NCBI GenBank assembly: GCA_013205245.1 | Contig: JABMNH010000023.1 | Coordinates: 878 to 64,877, forward strand | Reading direction: 5' to 3' | Source: Flavobacteriales bacterium | GTDB lineage: Bacteria; Bacteroidota; Bacteroidia; Flavobacteriales; Flavobacteriaceae | DNA length: 64,000 nucleotides | Shown: positions 41,332-50,410 of the stretch, in pieces | Numbering within the stretch: the stretch's first letter is position 1 | How the letters are laid out: each line of letters begins with the position of its first letter | The notes under the pieces: generated by a model | Databases searched by the model: none | Seen by the model: the letters and a program-made list of their open reading frames with translations, nothing else | Told to the model about the DNA's origin: nothing | Translations under genes and position numbers: made by a program

Positions 41332-41814
41332 TCAGGGTTTTGTCTTTAAAACACGTCCTTCTTTTTTGGCTTTATTGTCAATATTACGACCAATTATTAG
41401 GCCTATAAACATTCCAAACATCATCCCATTAGTCATTCCAGACCCTGCGCCAAAAATAGAGGCCCCTAAAGCTAGGCCAAAACACATTCCAATTCCTATT
41501 CCTAAACCAGTATAATATCCTTCTTGAATAAGTGAAAATTCACTTATTAGGAATTTTTTAAAATCAGTAAGTTTCTTTTTGAATTGTTTTCTTTTGTTTT
41601 TATAATCTGTTTTAAACTCAAAAGAATTGAGTTTTTCATCAATTAATTGGTATTGATAATCTGATAAATTTCTATTTTTTAAGTCTGATAGTATTTCTAT
41701 GAAACTTTTATAGATTTTTATTTCAGATTTTTTATCTGTTGTAATTAGTAAATTTTCAAAGAAAATAAGGGTTTCAGTTAAGTTCATAATTTTTAGTTTA
41801 TAAGGCTCATTCAA
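41332..41814 (-). CDS. Hypothetical membrane protein with C-terminal glycine-zipper region
   Basis: GLGIGIGMCFGLALGASIFGAGSGMTNGMMFGMFIGLIIG near the C-terminus. The tracked start is TTG 41814; an in-frame ATG at 41787 is an alternative. Confidence 0.6.
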   Translation of the reverse strand: MNEPYKLKIMNLTETLIFFENLLITTDKKSEIKIYKSFIEILSDLKNRNLSDYQYQLIDEKLNSFEFKTDYKNKRKQFKKKLTDFKKFLISEFSLIQEGYYTGLGIGIGMCFGLALGASIFGAGSGMTNGMMFGMFIGLIIGRNIDNKAKKEGRVLKTKP

Positions 41815-41915
41815 TTAAATCGATAGCACTTTTAAAATTATAATTATTAAAGACAAGGTTACTATTACTAATGCTTTTATCATTTTATTTAATTAAAATA
41901 GGTTAACAATTTGAA

Positions 41916-42575
41916 TTAAGCCGTTCTTAATTCTTCCATATCTGCTAATAGGGCATCTAGACGTTTCAATATACGGCCATAGCCAATTTTTAAATCCCAT
42001 TCGCCAATTTTTCCGCCAAAAACAGCTAATAAAATGAGTATAAATAGCAGTCCTATAACGCCAAATAAGGGGAGCCCAAAGATCATAATCATATCAGGAA
42101 ACTCTATCAGTAATCTATTTACAAAATCATTGCCAGGAATGTTGCCGCCAAAACTGCCAAACCAAAATCCTGCTACCATAGATAGAAAAACAAAAGGGTA
42201 TAAAAATCGCGATATTTTAGTATTGAAAGCCATCATTTCTTTTGTCCAATCATTGAAAGATTTAAGGTATTGATAACTGTTTGCATTCTTGTTAATAGCA
42301 TCTAATTTCTTTTTAAATTTCATGCCAAAGTTCGCTACAGACATTAAAATTAGAAACATTGGGATACCCATATATGGGATGTGTACAAAAGTTGCAATAG
42401 GTAATAAAATAAGGGCAAATAGAGTAATGCCTATGATGTTTATTTTGTACAATCTTCTAAATTTATCTACAATATCTATAGATTTTTGATTGTATAAATC
42501 GTTTATTTTAGGCGCAATAAGGGCATCATTTTTCAAAAAACCTTCTTTCCAAATTTTTTCTATTGATTTTTCCAT
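41916..42575 (-). CDS. Four-TM membrane protein downstream of the ECF sigma factor (putative anti-sigma / sensor partner)
   Basis: Starts 12 nt after the sigma stop. About 45 aa of cytoplasmic N-terminus, then TM helices. I recognise no family; the role is inferred from position only. Confidence 0.55.
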   Translation of the reverse strand: MEKSIEKIWKEGFLKNDALIAPKINDLYNQKSIDIVDKFRRLYKINIIGITLFALILLPIATFVHIPYMGIPMFLILMSVANFGMKFKKKLDAINKNANSYQYLKSFNDWTKEMMAFNTKISRFLYPFVFLSMVAGFWFGSFGGNIPGNDFVNRLLIEFPDMIMIFGLPLFGVIGLLFILILLAVFGGKIGEWDLKIGYGRILKRLDALLADMEELRTA

Positions 42576-42587
42576 TTTTATAATTTT

Positions 42588-43067
42588 TTAGCTTAATAAT
42601 TTTTTTAATCGTTCTTTAATCCTTTTAATGCGAACACCAATATTATTAGGATTTGTGCCAATTATATCGGCAATTTCTTGATATGTTTTTTCTTCTAAAT
42701 AAAGTAAAATTACCGCTCGGTCAATTTCAGATAATTTTCTGATGGCGCTATACAATAAATTTAACGGTTCGTCTGAGAATACACGACTATCTTCTGTAGC
42801 TTCAATTTGTAGAGAATCTGAAGTAAAATGTTGACGGTTGTTTTTCTTTTTCTTCAACAATGTCAGGCACACATTTAAAGACAATCTGTATATCCAAGTT
42901 GACCATTCTGATTGTTCTCGAAAGTTGTCTTTACTTTTCCAAATCTGTAAACAGACTTCTTGATAGTAATCTTCAAAATCTTCTTGACTATCTGTATAAG
43001 CCCGACAAATCTTTATGATTATTCCAGAATGTGGTAAAATAGATACGGTGTAAAAATCGCTGCTCAC
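42588..43067 (-). CDS. ECF-type RNA polymerase sigma-70 family factor
   Basis: Region 2 is DFEDYYQEVCLQIWKS...WIYRLSLNVCL. Region 4 is RAVILLYLEEKTYQEIADIIGTNPNNIGVRIKRIKERL. GTG start. Confidence 0.88.
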   Translation of the reverse strand: MSSDFYTVSILPHSGIIIKICRAYTDSQEDFEDYYQEVCLQIWKSKDNFREQSEWSTWIYRLSLNVCLTLLKKKKNNRQHFTSDSLQIEATEDSRVFSDEPLNLLYSAIRKLSEIDRAVILLYLEEKTYQEIADIIGTNPNNIGVRIKRIKERLKKLLS

Positions 43068-43231
43068 TACTTTTTTTATTTGGTTAGTGGCTCAAGTTAA
43101 AGATTATTACATCCTATTAAAAATTATTTTAAATATGAAGTGCAGTGTAACTGGCAGTAAACTATAAGTAAATATTTTGAGCTTACTTATTATGTTTGAA
43201 ATTTTTTAAAAAAGAAACTATTTTAGAATGG

Positions 43232-44371
43232 TTATTCCAAAATCTTACGCGCAATTACTACTTTTTGAATTTCGGTAGTGCCTTCGCCAATAGTACATAA
43301 TTTAGAGTCGCGGTAGAATTTCTCTACAGGATAATCTTTGGTATAACCATAACCGCCGTGAATCTGTACAGCTTCATTGGCTATTTTAACACAGGCTTCT
43401 GAAGCATACATTTTTGCCATCGCCCCAATTTTTGTCATGGGTTGATTTTTATTTTTCATGCTAGCAGCTTTGTGTAAAAGCAATTCTGATGCTTCAATTT
43501 CTGTAGCCATATCGGCTAATTTAAATGAAATACCTTGAAATGAGCTGATAGGTTTGCCAAATTGCACACGTTCTTTAGCATATTTTAAAGCAGCTTCGTA
43601 TGAACCTTTAGAAATTCCTAGCGCTAAAGCACCAATAGAAATACGGCCACCATCTAGTACTTTTAAAGCTTGTATAAAACCGTCGCCTTCGAGACCCAAT
43701 AAATTTTCTTTGGGTATTTTACAATTGTCAAAAATAAGCTCTGCAGTTTCTGAAGCACGCATGCCTAATTTATTTTCTTTTTTTCCTGATGTAAATCCGG
43801 GTGTGCCTTTTTCAATCACAAAAGCAGACATGCCGTGGGAATCTCCTTTTTCGCCAGTACGCGCCATCACAACGGCAACATTTCCGCTTATAGCGTGGGT
43901 AATAAAATTTTTAGCGCCATTAAGGATATAATAATCGCCTTCTTTTTTAGCAGTTGTATTCATCCCACCAGCGTCAGAACCTGTGTTGTGCTCGGTTAAA
44001 CCCCAAGCGCCAATCCATTCGCCAGAAGCTAATTTTGGCAACCATTTTGCTTTTTGTTCTTCATTTCCAAAATAGCAAATATGACCTGTACACAAAGAGT
44101 TATGTGCCGCAACCGATAAACCAATTGAAGAATCTACTTTAGAAATCTCTTCTATTACGGTTATGTATTCGTGGTAGCCTAAACCTGACCCACCATATTC
44201 TTCGGGAACAAAAACACCCATAAAACCCATCTCACCTAATTTGTGGAATAATTCAACTGGGAAAGTTTGCTTTTCATCCCAGTCCATCATAAAAGGAGCA
44301 ATATGTTGTTTGGCAAAATCTCTTATAGATTCTGCTATCATTTTTTGGGTTTCTGTTTGGTCAAAATTCAT
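43232..44371 (-). CDS. Acyl-CoA dehydrogenase
   Basis: GAWGLTEHNTGSDAGG, QIHGGYGYTKDYPVEKFYRDSKLCTIGEGTTEIQ. ATG 44371 is preferred over the tracked TTG 44377. Confidence 0.93.
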   Translation of the reverse strand: MNFDQTETQKMIAESIRDFAKQHIAPFMMDWDEKQTFPVELFHKLGEMGFMGVFVPEEYGGSGLGYHEYITVIEEISKVDSSIGLSVAAHNSLCTGHICYFGNEEQKAKWLPKLASGEWIGAWGLTEHNTGSDAGGMNTTAKKEGDYYILNGAKNFITHAISGNVAVVMARTGEKGDSHGMSAFVIEKGTPGFTSGKKENKLGMRASETAELIFDNCKIPKENLLGLEGDGFIQALKVLDGGRISIGALALGISKGSYEAALKYAKERVQFGKPISSFQGISFKLADMATEIEASELLLHKAASMKNKNQPMTKIGAMAKMYASEACVKIANEAVQIHGGYGYTKDYPVEKFYRDSKLCTIGEGTTEIQKVVIARKILE

Positions 44372-44452
44372 AATCAAAGAAGTGATTCAAATTATTAGAA
44401 AAAAGCCTTAAAAGGATTAAAATAATGACATTATAATAAACCAATCTTTTAT

Positions 44453-45313
44453 TTATTCGGCTTTCAAATATAGAACTATTCTATCAAATTTATCAAGTGG
44501 AAAGCCTTCAATTTTTTTTAATTCTTCGAGGTCTTTGATTTCGGTGACTTCTCTTTTATAATCAAAAATGTTCTTTGTAAGCTGATAGTCGATATAGGGC
44601 AAATGGAGAATTTCTTTAAAAGTAGCTGTATTGACATTTATTTTATCAATCTCTGGTTTTTTGAAAATCCTGAAACGCTCTAAAACCCTGTTTGCTACAA
44701 TTGTGTCTAAATAATAAACCTCATATAATTGCGATTTAAAAGTAAATCCTTTTATCATATTTCTATAGTTTATAATGCGGTTGGCCGTTTTAAGACCAAT
44801 ACCTTTAACAACAACCAAATCTTGTGCTATGACCGTATTAATATTTTTGATGATGATTGGTTCTTTGGGTTTTTTAGCTTCATTTTGTTTGGCCATAACC
44901 CAATCTGGAAACTTAAATAAAGGTTTTAAAACAGCTAATAAGCTGTCACTGACACCTGTAATTTTCTGAAATTGCTTAGCCGAATTGATGTATTTATCTT
45001 GTTTGCGATAGGCTAGTAGTTTGTCTATTTCATCGGTATTTAAACCTAAAGAATAGGCTTTATATCCTGTTAAAAAACTAGGATTAAAAGGTCTAATCAC
45101 ATACTTTTTAGGTTGCGCTTTTAAAGCTTTTAAACTGTCAATTTCTTTTTGAAGTTGGATGGTTTCTTTAGAAGATAAAATAAGCATTTTATCAGGAGAA
45201 AAATCAATAAAAATATAGGCAGCCTGAGCAACAATGATAATGATGACTAAAAATAAAAACCCATTTCGTTGGCGTTTGTTGTACCAATAGAAATGGGTTT
45301 TTATATTTTTCAT
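44453..45313 (-). CDS. Membrane-anchored helix-hairpin-helix (ComEA-like) DNA-binding protein
   Basis: N-terminal TM segment. Two HhH units: LVVVKGIGLKTANRIINYR, and INVNTATFKEILHLPYIDYQLTKNIFDYR. Confidence 0.8.
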   Translation of the reverse strand: MKNIKTHFYWYNKRQRNGFLFLVIIIIVAQAAYIFIDFSPDKMLILSSKETIQLQKEIDSLKALKAQPKKYVIRPFNPSFLTGYKAYSLGLNTDEIDKLLAYRKQDKYINSAKQFQKITGVSDSLLAVLKPLFKFPDWVMAKQNEAKKPKEPIIIKNINTVIAQDLVVVKGIGLKTANRIINYRNMIKGFTFKSQLYEVYYLDTIVANRVLERFRIFKKPEIDKINVNTATFKEILHLPYIDYQLTKNIFDYKREVTEIKDLEELKKIEGFPLDKFDRIVLYLKAE

Positions 45314-45328
45314 TAGATAATATTTACA

Positions 45329-46921
45329 TCATTTTTTTGCCTTAATAGCAGCCATATATTTAGAGAGTTCCTCTTTTACTTTAGGCGCTAAAAGAACAAG
45401 GCCTATCATATTAGGCACCATCATTGCAAAAATCATAGCATCAGAAAAGCCAATTACCGAGCCTAAACTTGCGGCCGAACCAATAACAACAAAAATAAGG
45501 AATAATATTTTATAGGTGTATTCCATTTTCTTAGTTCTACCAAATAAATAAGCCCATCCTTGAAAACCGTAATATGACCAAGAAATCATGGTAGAAAAAG
45601 CAAACAATACAACAGCTACCGTCAACACATAAGGAAACCAAGAAATAACAGATGCAAAAGCGCCTGAGGTTAATAAAATGGCTTGTGCATCATTTAAGCT
45701 TGCATTTTCTGCAGCTACATTACCTGTAATTACCAATACCAAAGCAGTCATTGTACACACCACAACAGTATCTATAAAAGGCTCTAATAAAGCCACCATA
45801 CCTTCGGATGCTGGATATTTTGTTTTTACCGCAGCATGTGCAATAGATGCAGAACCTATACCAGCTTCATTAGAAAAAGCAGCTCTTCTAAATCCCTGAA
45901 CTAGCACACCTATAAAACCACCAGCAACACCTGTTGGGCTGAATGCACCATTATATATTTGAGAAAAAGCATCACCAATCATATCGTATTTTGCTATTAA
46001 AATAAATATAGAGGCTGCTACATAAATTACCACCATAAAGGGCACAATTTTATCAGTAACCTTTGCTATTTTTTTAATACCTCCTATAATTACAACCCCA
46101 ACAAGTATGGCTATAACAACACCAAATAACCAACCTCTATCGTGTAAAAAAGAGTCATTTCCACCTGTAATATGTTCTACTAATTGAAATGCTTGGTTGG
46201 CTTGAAACATGTTTCCGCCTCCAAAAGATCCTCCTATAACAAAGACAGCAAATAAGGCTGCTAATACTTTCCCTAATTTACCTAAGCCTTTTTCTTTTAA
46301 CCCTTTTGTGAGGTAATACATAGGGCCACCATAAACAGTGCCGTCAGATTCAATATCTCTATATTTTACACCCAAAGTACATTCTACAAATTTTGATGCC
46401 ATGCCTAATAACCCAGCAATAATCATCCAAAATGTAGCCCCTGCACCACCAATAGAAACAGCTATGGCAACACCTGCAATATTACCTAAACCAACTGTGG
46501 CCGATAGAGCAGCAGTTAAGGCTTGAAAGTGAGAAACCTCTCCTTGGTGCCCTTCTACTCTTATTGTGTCTGGATTATCACCATCGTCTGTAAAGACAGC
46601 ATCAGAAACTTCAACATTATGATCTTTTCTATCTTCTAAATCGTCATATTTTCCGCTTACTATTTTTATTGAAGTTAAAAAGCCCTTAAAATTTATAAAA
46701 TTAAAATAAAATGTAAAATAAAGAGCCCCTAGAATTAACGGGAATAATACCCAATAAATTTTTATTGTGTCTGAGAATGATATTTGATAGAAAATAAAGT
46801 TTACAAACCAACCTGTTGCATTACCAAATGCTTCATCAATTTGCTGATCTAATCCTTTTTCTTGAGCAAAAGTTATAAAAGGTATTACTAAAAGTAACAA
46901 CGATAGAATTCTTTTTTTCAT
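45329..46921 (-). CDS. Alanine/glycine:cation symporter (AGCS) family transporter
   Basis: SHFQALTAALSATVGLGNIAGVAIAVSIGGAGATFWM core motif. Signal-peptide-like N-terminus and an acidic insert of about 30 aa before the core motif. Confidence 0.92.
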   Translation of the reverse strand: MKKRILSLLLLVIPFITFAQEKGLDQQIDEAFGNATGWFVNFIFYQISFSDTIKIYWVLFPLILGALYFTFYFNFINFKGFLTSIKIVSGKYDDLEDRKDHNVEVSDAVFTDDGDNPDTIRVEGHQGEVSHFQALTAALSATVGLGNIAGVAIAVSIGGAGATFWMIIAGLLGMASKFVECTLGVKYRDIESDGTVYGGPMYYLTKGLKEKGLGKLGKVLAALFAVFVIGGSFGGGNMFQANQAFQLVEHITGGNDSFLHDRGWLFGVVIAILVGVVIIGGIKKIAKVTDKIVPFMVVIYVAASIFILIAKYDMIGDAFSQIYNGAFSPTGVAGGFIGVLVQGFRRAAFSNEAGIGSASIAHAAVKTKYPASEGMVALLEPFIDTVVVCTMTALVLVITGNVAAENASLNDAQAILLTSGAFASVISWFPYVLTVAVVLFAFSTMISWSYYGFQGWAYLFGRTKKMEYTYKILFLIFVVIGSAASLGSVIGFSDAMIFAMMVPNMIGLVLLAPKVKEELSKYMAAIKAKK

Positions 46922-47022
46922 AATAGTTTAGTGTAAGTTTTTAATTGTAGCTGGCTAATATCATAAAAAAAAGCAGTTAGTACAACTTTTAAGCGTTAAA
47001 AATTTGAAGGGGGCAATTTGGT

Positions 47023-47060
47023 AAAAACAAAGCCCTTTAGTTTAAGTAAACTAAAGGGCT
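47023..47060 (-). terminator. Orphan Rho-independent terminator on the minus strand, inside the AGCS 5' region
   Basis: The minus strand reads AGCCCTTTAG-TTTACTTAAA-CTAAAGGGCT-TTGTTTTT: a perfect 10-bp stem followed by a T run. It lies about 100 nt upstream of the AGCS ATG. Confidence 0.6.
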
Positions 47061-47215
47061 AACCAAAATCAAACGAATTAGGGGATTATTTATATAAATC
47101 CACCACCTTGTTTATTGTTGCTATATTTGTTTTTATTATTTTTACATTTCATATAATAATGATATAGAATGCTATTTTATGTCAAGAATTAGCATTATTT
47201 TTTATAAGCTTTAAC

Positions 47216-47578
47216 ATGAAAAAATCAACTTTGGTTTTAGGAGCTTCGCTTAAAGCGGATAGATATTCAAACCGTGCTATTATTAAATTAGTTGAAAATA
47301 AGCACGATGTAGCTGCTATTGGATTAAAGGAAGGAGAAGTAGCAGGTGTGCTTTTAAAAAAGGGCTTCCCAGTATTTGAAGATATAGAAACAGTGACGCT
47401 TTATTTAAATCCAGAAAGGCAAAAAGCGTATTATAATTACATAATAAACTTAATGCCTAGAAGGGTTGTTTTTAATCCGGGAACGGAAAACGAAGAATTT
47501 ATGGATTTACTGACTAAAAATAATATTGATTTTGAAGTGGCTTGTACACTTGTTTTGTTGGCCACAAACCAATATTAG
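47216..47578 (+). CDS. CoA-binding domain protein (YccU/YneT-like)
   Basis: 120 aa with LVLGASLKADRYSN N-terminus and NPGTENEEF motif, typical of small CoA-binding proteins. Confidence 0.82.
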   Translation: MKKSTLVLGASLKADRYSNRAIIKLVENKHDVAAIGLKEGEVAGVLLKKGFPVFEDIETVTLYLNPERQKAYYNYIINLMPRRVVFNPGTENEEFMDLLTKNNIDFEVACTLVLLATNQY

Positions 47579-48312
47579 CAACCGCGCGCGTAATACCAAA
47601 CATTGGGTGTGCCAGAATCATCAATGGTTTTAATCCACCCTTCTAAAATATATTCAATATTTTTTTCGTTGGTTAAATTGCCTTTACAGGGATGTTCTTG
47701 ATATTTTATAACCTTTACTTTATTCCAATTGCCTTCCGCTTCTTTTTGCAGTTTAATTTCAAACAAGTCACCGCGTAAGGTCTTTAAAACTTTAGCGCTT
47801 TTAAGAGGTTCAGAACGTAAATTTAAACCGGGTTTGTTGGCGTAATACCCTAAAAATTTATCTTTATTTTCTATTAAAAAATCTTGCCAATTAGTCGCTT
47901 TATATCCCATTTCTTCAATTTCTGAAACCTTTATCCAATACGATGATTTTTTATCAAAAATCTTAACAAATCCATCTTTGTTTTTATAAAACGACATGGC
48001 AAAAATTTCGTAACCAACTTCGGTTAAACCTTGGTCAAATTTTTTATAAATGGGCGTATTTCCATTTGCTAAAGCAATAACATATAATTCTGTAAGTGCT
48101 AAATTTGCTTTTTGTTTTTGTAGAACTTTGCCAATCTTATTTCCGTTTGGCGCATCGTATAAATTAAAGCCTTCTATGGGCGCAAAAACACAGCAGTATT
48201 CACTAAAAGAATCGTTATGAAAGTTTTTTGGAATAATTAGACCATTTTGATGTGTTTGGCTAAAGCCGATGCTGGCCATGCTAAAAAGCATTGCAAAGAT
48301 GACAGATTTCAT
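47575..48312 (-). CDS. Hypothetical secreted protein with SH3b-like C-terminal segment
   Basis: Signal peptide MKSVIFAMLFSMASIGFSQ. GLNLRSEPLKSAKVLKTLRGDLFEI...GNWNKVKV resembles bacterial SH3. Confidence 0.6.
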   Translation of the reverse strand: MKSVIFAMLFSMASIGFSQTHQNGLIIPKNFHNDSFSEYCCVFAPIEGFNLYDAPNGNKIGKVLQKQKANLALTELYVIALANGNTPIYKKFDQGLTEVGYEIFAMSFYKNKDGFVKIFDKKSSYWIKVSEIEEMGYKATNWQDFLIENKDKFLGYYANKPGLNLRSEPLKSAKVLKTLRGDLFEIKLQKEAEGNWNKVKVIKYQEHPCKGNLTNEKNIEYILEGWIKTIDDSGTPNVWYYARGC

Positions 48313-48379
48313 ACGCTAAAATTTAAAAGGTGAATAAAAGACTTGTTTTTAGCAATACAAAAGCTATGCCATAAAATGT

Positions 48380-50410
48380 TTATTCGGGGTGATAAATTGA
48401 TTCAGCATCTTTGTAAATGGAAGCTTTATTTAAAGTCATTTTTTTGAGTTTGTGATTCACATACAATTCCATTTGATCGGTATAATGTTTGCGTTTCGGA
48501 TTATTGGTACCGCCATAAGCATTTACTGTTTCAAACACAGGGCCATCTTTATCAAATTGCACCAAAATAATATGCGATTCTCCTGCAAATACACGCTCTT
48601 TGTTTTTATACGGGCGCGTGTGCATGGCCGCAATCACATCTGGTAATCCATCTGCAGGCAATTCTACATCACCGCGCTGATGCACTTGATAATCGCCTAA
48701 TTTTACCCTAATACTGCCAAAGTTTTTAAGAAGATGCTCTTGTGCTTTGCTTACAATTTCTGGGGCGTTTTCTAAGCTGATTTCTTTGTAATTTTCACGC
48801 GTTGACACATCGTATAAAACTTTAAAAAGTGTGGCGCCATAGCTTTCTTTATCGGCAACCCGATTCCATTTTTGTAATTTGGTTAGGTAATTTTTAATGA
48901 TTGGAAATTGCTCTGGATTTAACCTAAAAAAGGTGTTTGCATCCATATTGTAATACAAAGAATCTGGCAGGGTAATATCGTATTTCATGCGTTTAAAATC
49001 ATCGTAAGAAACCTTGTCAATTTTATGAATCAATTGTTGAAAGCGGATGCTGCGGTTATTGTCTTTAAACGGATAGCCCATGGTTTGGTCTAGTTGCATT
49101 GGCGCTAAATTATCATTATCACCACTAGCATTATAAACCGTATTGTTCATATTAAACAAATATCCTGATTCTGGGTTGAGAATCTGTGGTAAATCTGCGA
49201 ATGGATGAAAGTCTGTCCACAAAGTTTTCGTGGTGTTTCCGGGTAAAACTTTGGTCCAATCGTAACGCGAATTCCTTAACGGGATTTTACCATTACTCAC
49301 ATAAAAAATGGTATCGTATTTATCGGCATACACAATGTTGAAACCCGTAATTGCCGTCATTTGCAAAGCTTTTTTAAATTGGGTAAAATTTTGAGCCTTG
49401 TTCATATAGTACCATTGCTCTGGTGCTTTAATACCCATATTGGCCGCAAATCTTACGCTGTAATAACCAGAATCATTTTTTACTGTGGCGCCATAATCGC
49501 TCCAATAAGCTTTCTTTTTCACACCTATTGGGATGCCTAAAATCTTGACTTTAAGTTTTACTTTTTTAACTTCTAAAGCTTTCCATTCGCCATCAAATTC
49601 GTAATAATTTTCTTTTGAGGGATGCATTTTAAGCTTAAAAACATCCACCTTATCGGGATAATTAACCGTATGTCCCCAAGCTAAATTTGGCGTAACACCC
49701 TGAAAAACGGTTGCGCCTCCAGCAAATAATCCACCTAAAATATTCCAACCTTCTTCGCTGTTCAGGTGGGCTTCATACCACGAAGCTGGCCCATCAAGTG
49801 GTTGGTGTGAATTGATATCTAAAAAAGTTTTTCCATTGGTCGTTTTTTTTGCGCTTATCGCAATAGCGTTAGAACCATAAATTGAATAGGGATTTTCGGT
49901 TATTTTATTGTTGAACAAGTCGCCTATAACACGATCAACTTTATCCATAACTGCCAACGAAATGACATATGAAGTCAATAAATCTTTTTCATTTATAGGG
50001 AAAAGTCTTTTGAGCGTTACCTCTTTTTTATGTGTTTTGGCATAGGCATTAATCCCTTCTACATATCCGTTAAGGACTTTACGAAACTGCGGAGACAGGG
50101 TGTTTATCTTCTCATCTACAACAGTTCTGGCGCGAATAAGTTGTACAAAATAATCTATGGCAGCGCCTTTTTTACCCAATTTTCGACCGAGCAAACCTTT
50201 GCCGGCTAAAAGTGTTTTCTGAATGGTTTTAAAATCATCTTCGGCATGTGCCCATGCTAAACCATATGATGTTTCGGCATCGGTTTTGCCATAAATATGC
50301 GGCACGCCCCATTTATCTCTTACAATATCTATGTTTTTAGGATTTATTTGTGCCTGAGAAAAACTCAGAAATCCGAAAAGAAATAAACCTAATAATAATT
50401 TATTGTTCAT
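48380..50410 (-). CDS. Penicillin-amidase-family Ntn hydrolase (acylase; AHL/N-acyl-amide acylase-like)
   Basis: Signal peptide MNNKLLLGLFLFGFLSFSQAQ from ATG 50410. RDKWGVPHIYG N-terminal motif. Candidate autoprocessing site YG-SNAIAIS. The tracked start at 50470 is probably too long. Confidence 0.88.
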   Translation of the reverse strand: MNNKLLLGLFLFGFLSFSQAQINPKNIDIVRDKWGVPHIYGKTDAETSYGLAWAHAEDDFKTIQKTLLAGKGLLGRKLGKKGAAIDYFVQLIRARTVVDEKINTLSPQFRKVLNGYVEGINAYAKTHKKEVTLKRLFPINEKDLLTSYVISLAVMDKVDRVIGDLFNNKITENPYSIYGSNAIAISAKKTTNGKTFLDINSHQPLDGPASWYEAHLNSEEGWNILGGLFAGGATVFQGVTPNLAWGHTVNYPDKVDVFKLKMHPSKENYYEFDGEWKALEVKKVKLKVKILGIPIGVKKKAYWSDYGATVKNDSGYYSVRFAANMGIKAPEQWYYMNKAQNFTQFKKALQMTAITGFNIVYADKYDTIFYVSNGKIPLRNSRYDWTKVLPGNTTKTLWTDFHPFADLPQILNPESGYLFNMNNTVYNASGDNDNLAPMQLDQTMGYPFKDNNRSIRFQQLIHKIDKVSYDDFKRMKYDITLPDSLYYNMDANTFFRLNPEQFPIIKNYLTKLQKWNRVADKESYGATLFKVLYDVSTRENYKEISLENAPEIVSKAQEHLLKNFGSIRVKLGDYQVHQRGDVELPADGLPDVIAAMHTRPYKNKERVFAGESHIILVQFDKDGPVFETVNAYGGTNNPKRKHYTDQMELYVNHKLKKMTLNKASIYKDAESIYHPE

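Noticed and set aside
43164-43190. Hairpin ATAAGTAA-11 nt-TTACTTAT between the acyl-CoA dehydrogenase and the ECF sigma gene
   Set aside because: The stem is almost entirely A/T, with no following T run on the transcribed (minus) strand. It is not convincing as a terminator or operator.
47006-47016. GAAGGGGGCAA, resembling the GAAGGGGCAA core of glycine riboswitches, near the alanine/glycine symporter
   Set aside because: It is on the plus strand, whereas the transporter is on the minus strand. No GGAGAG/P1 elements or second aptamer accompany it. Most likely coincidence.
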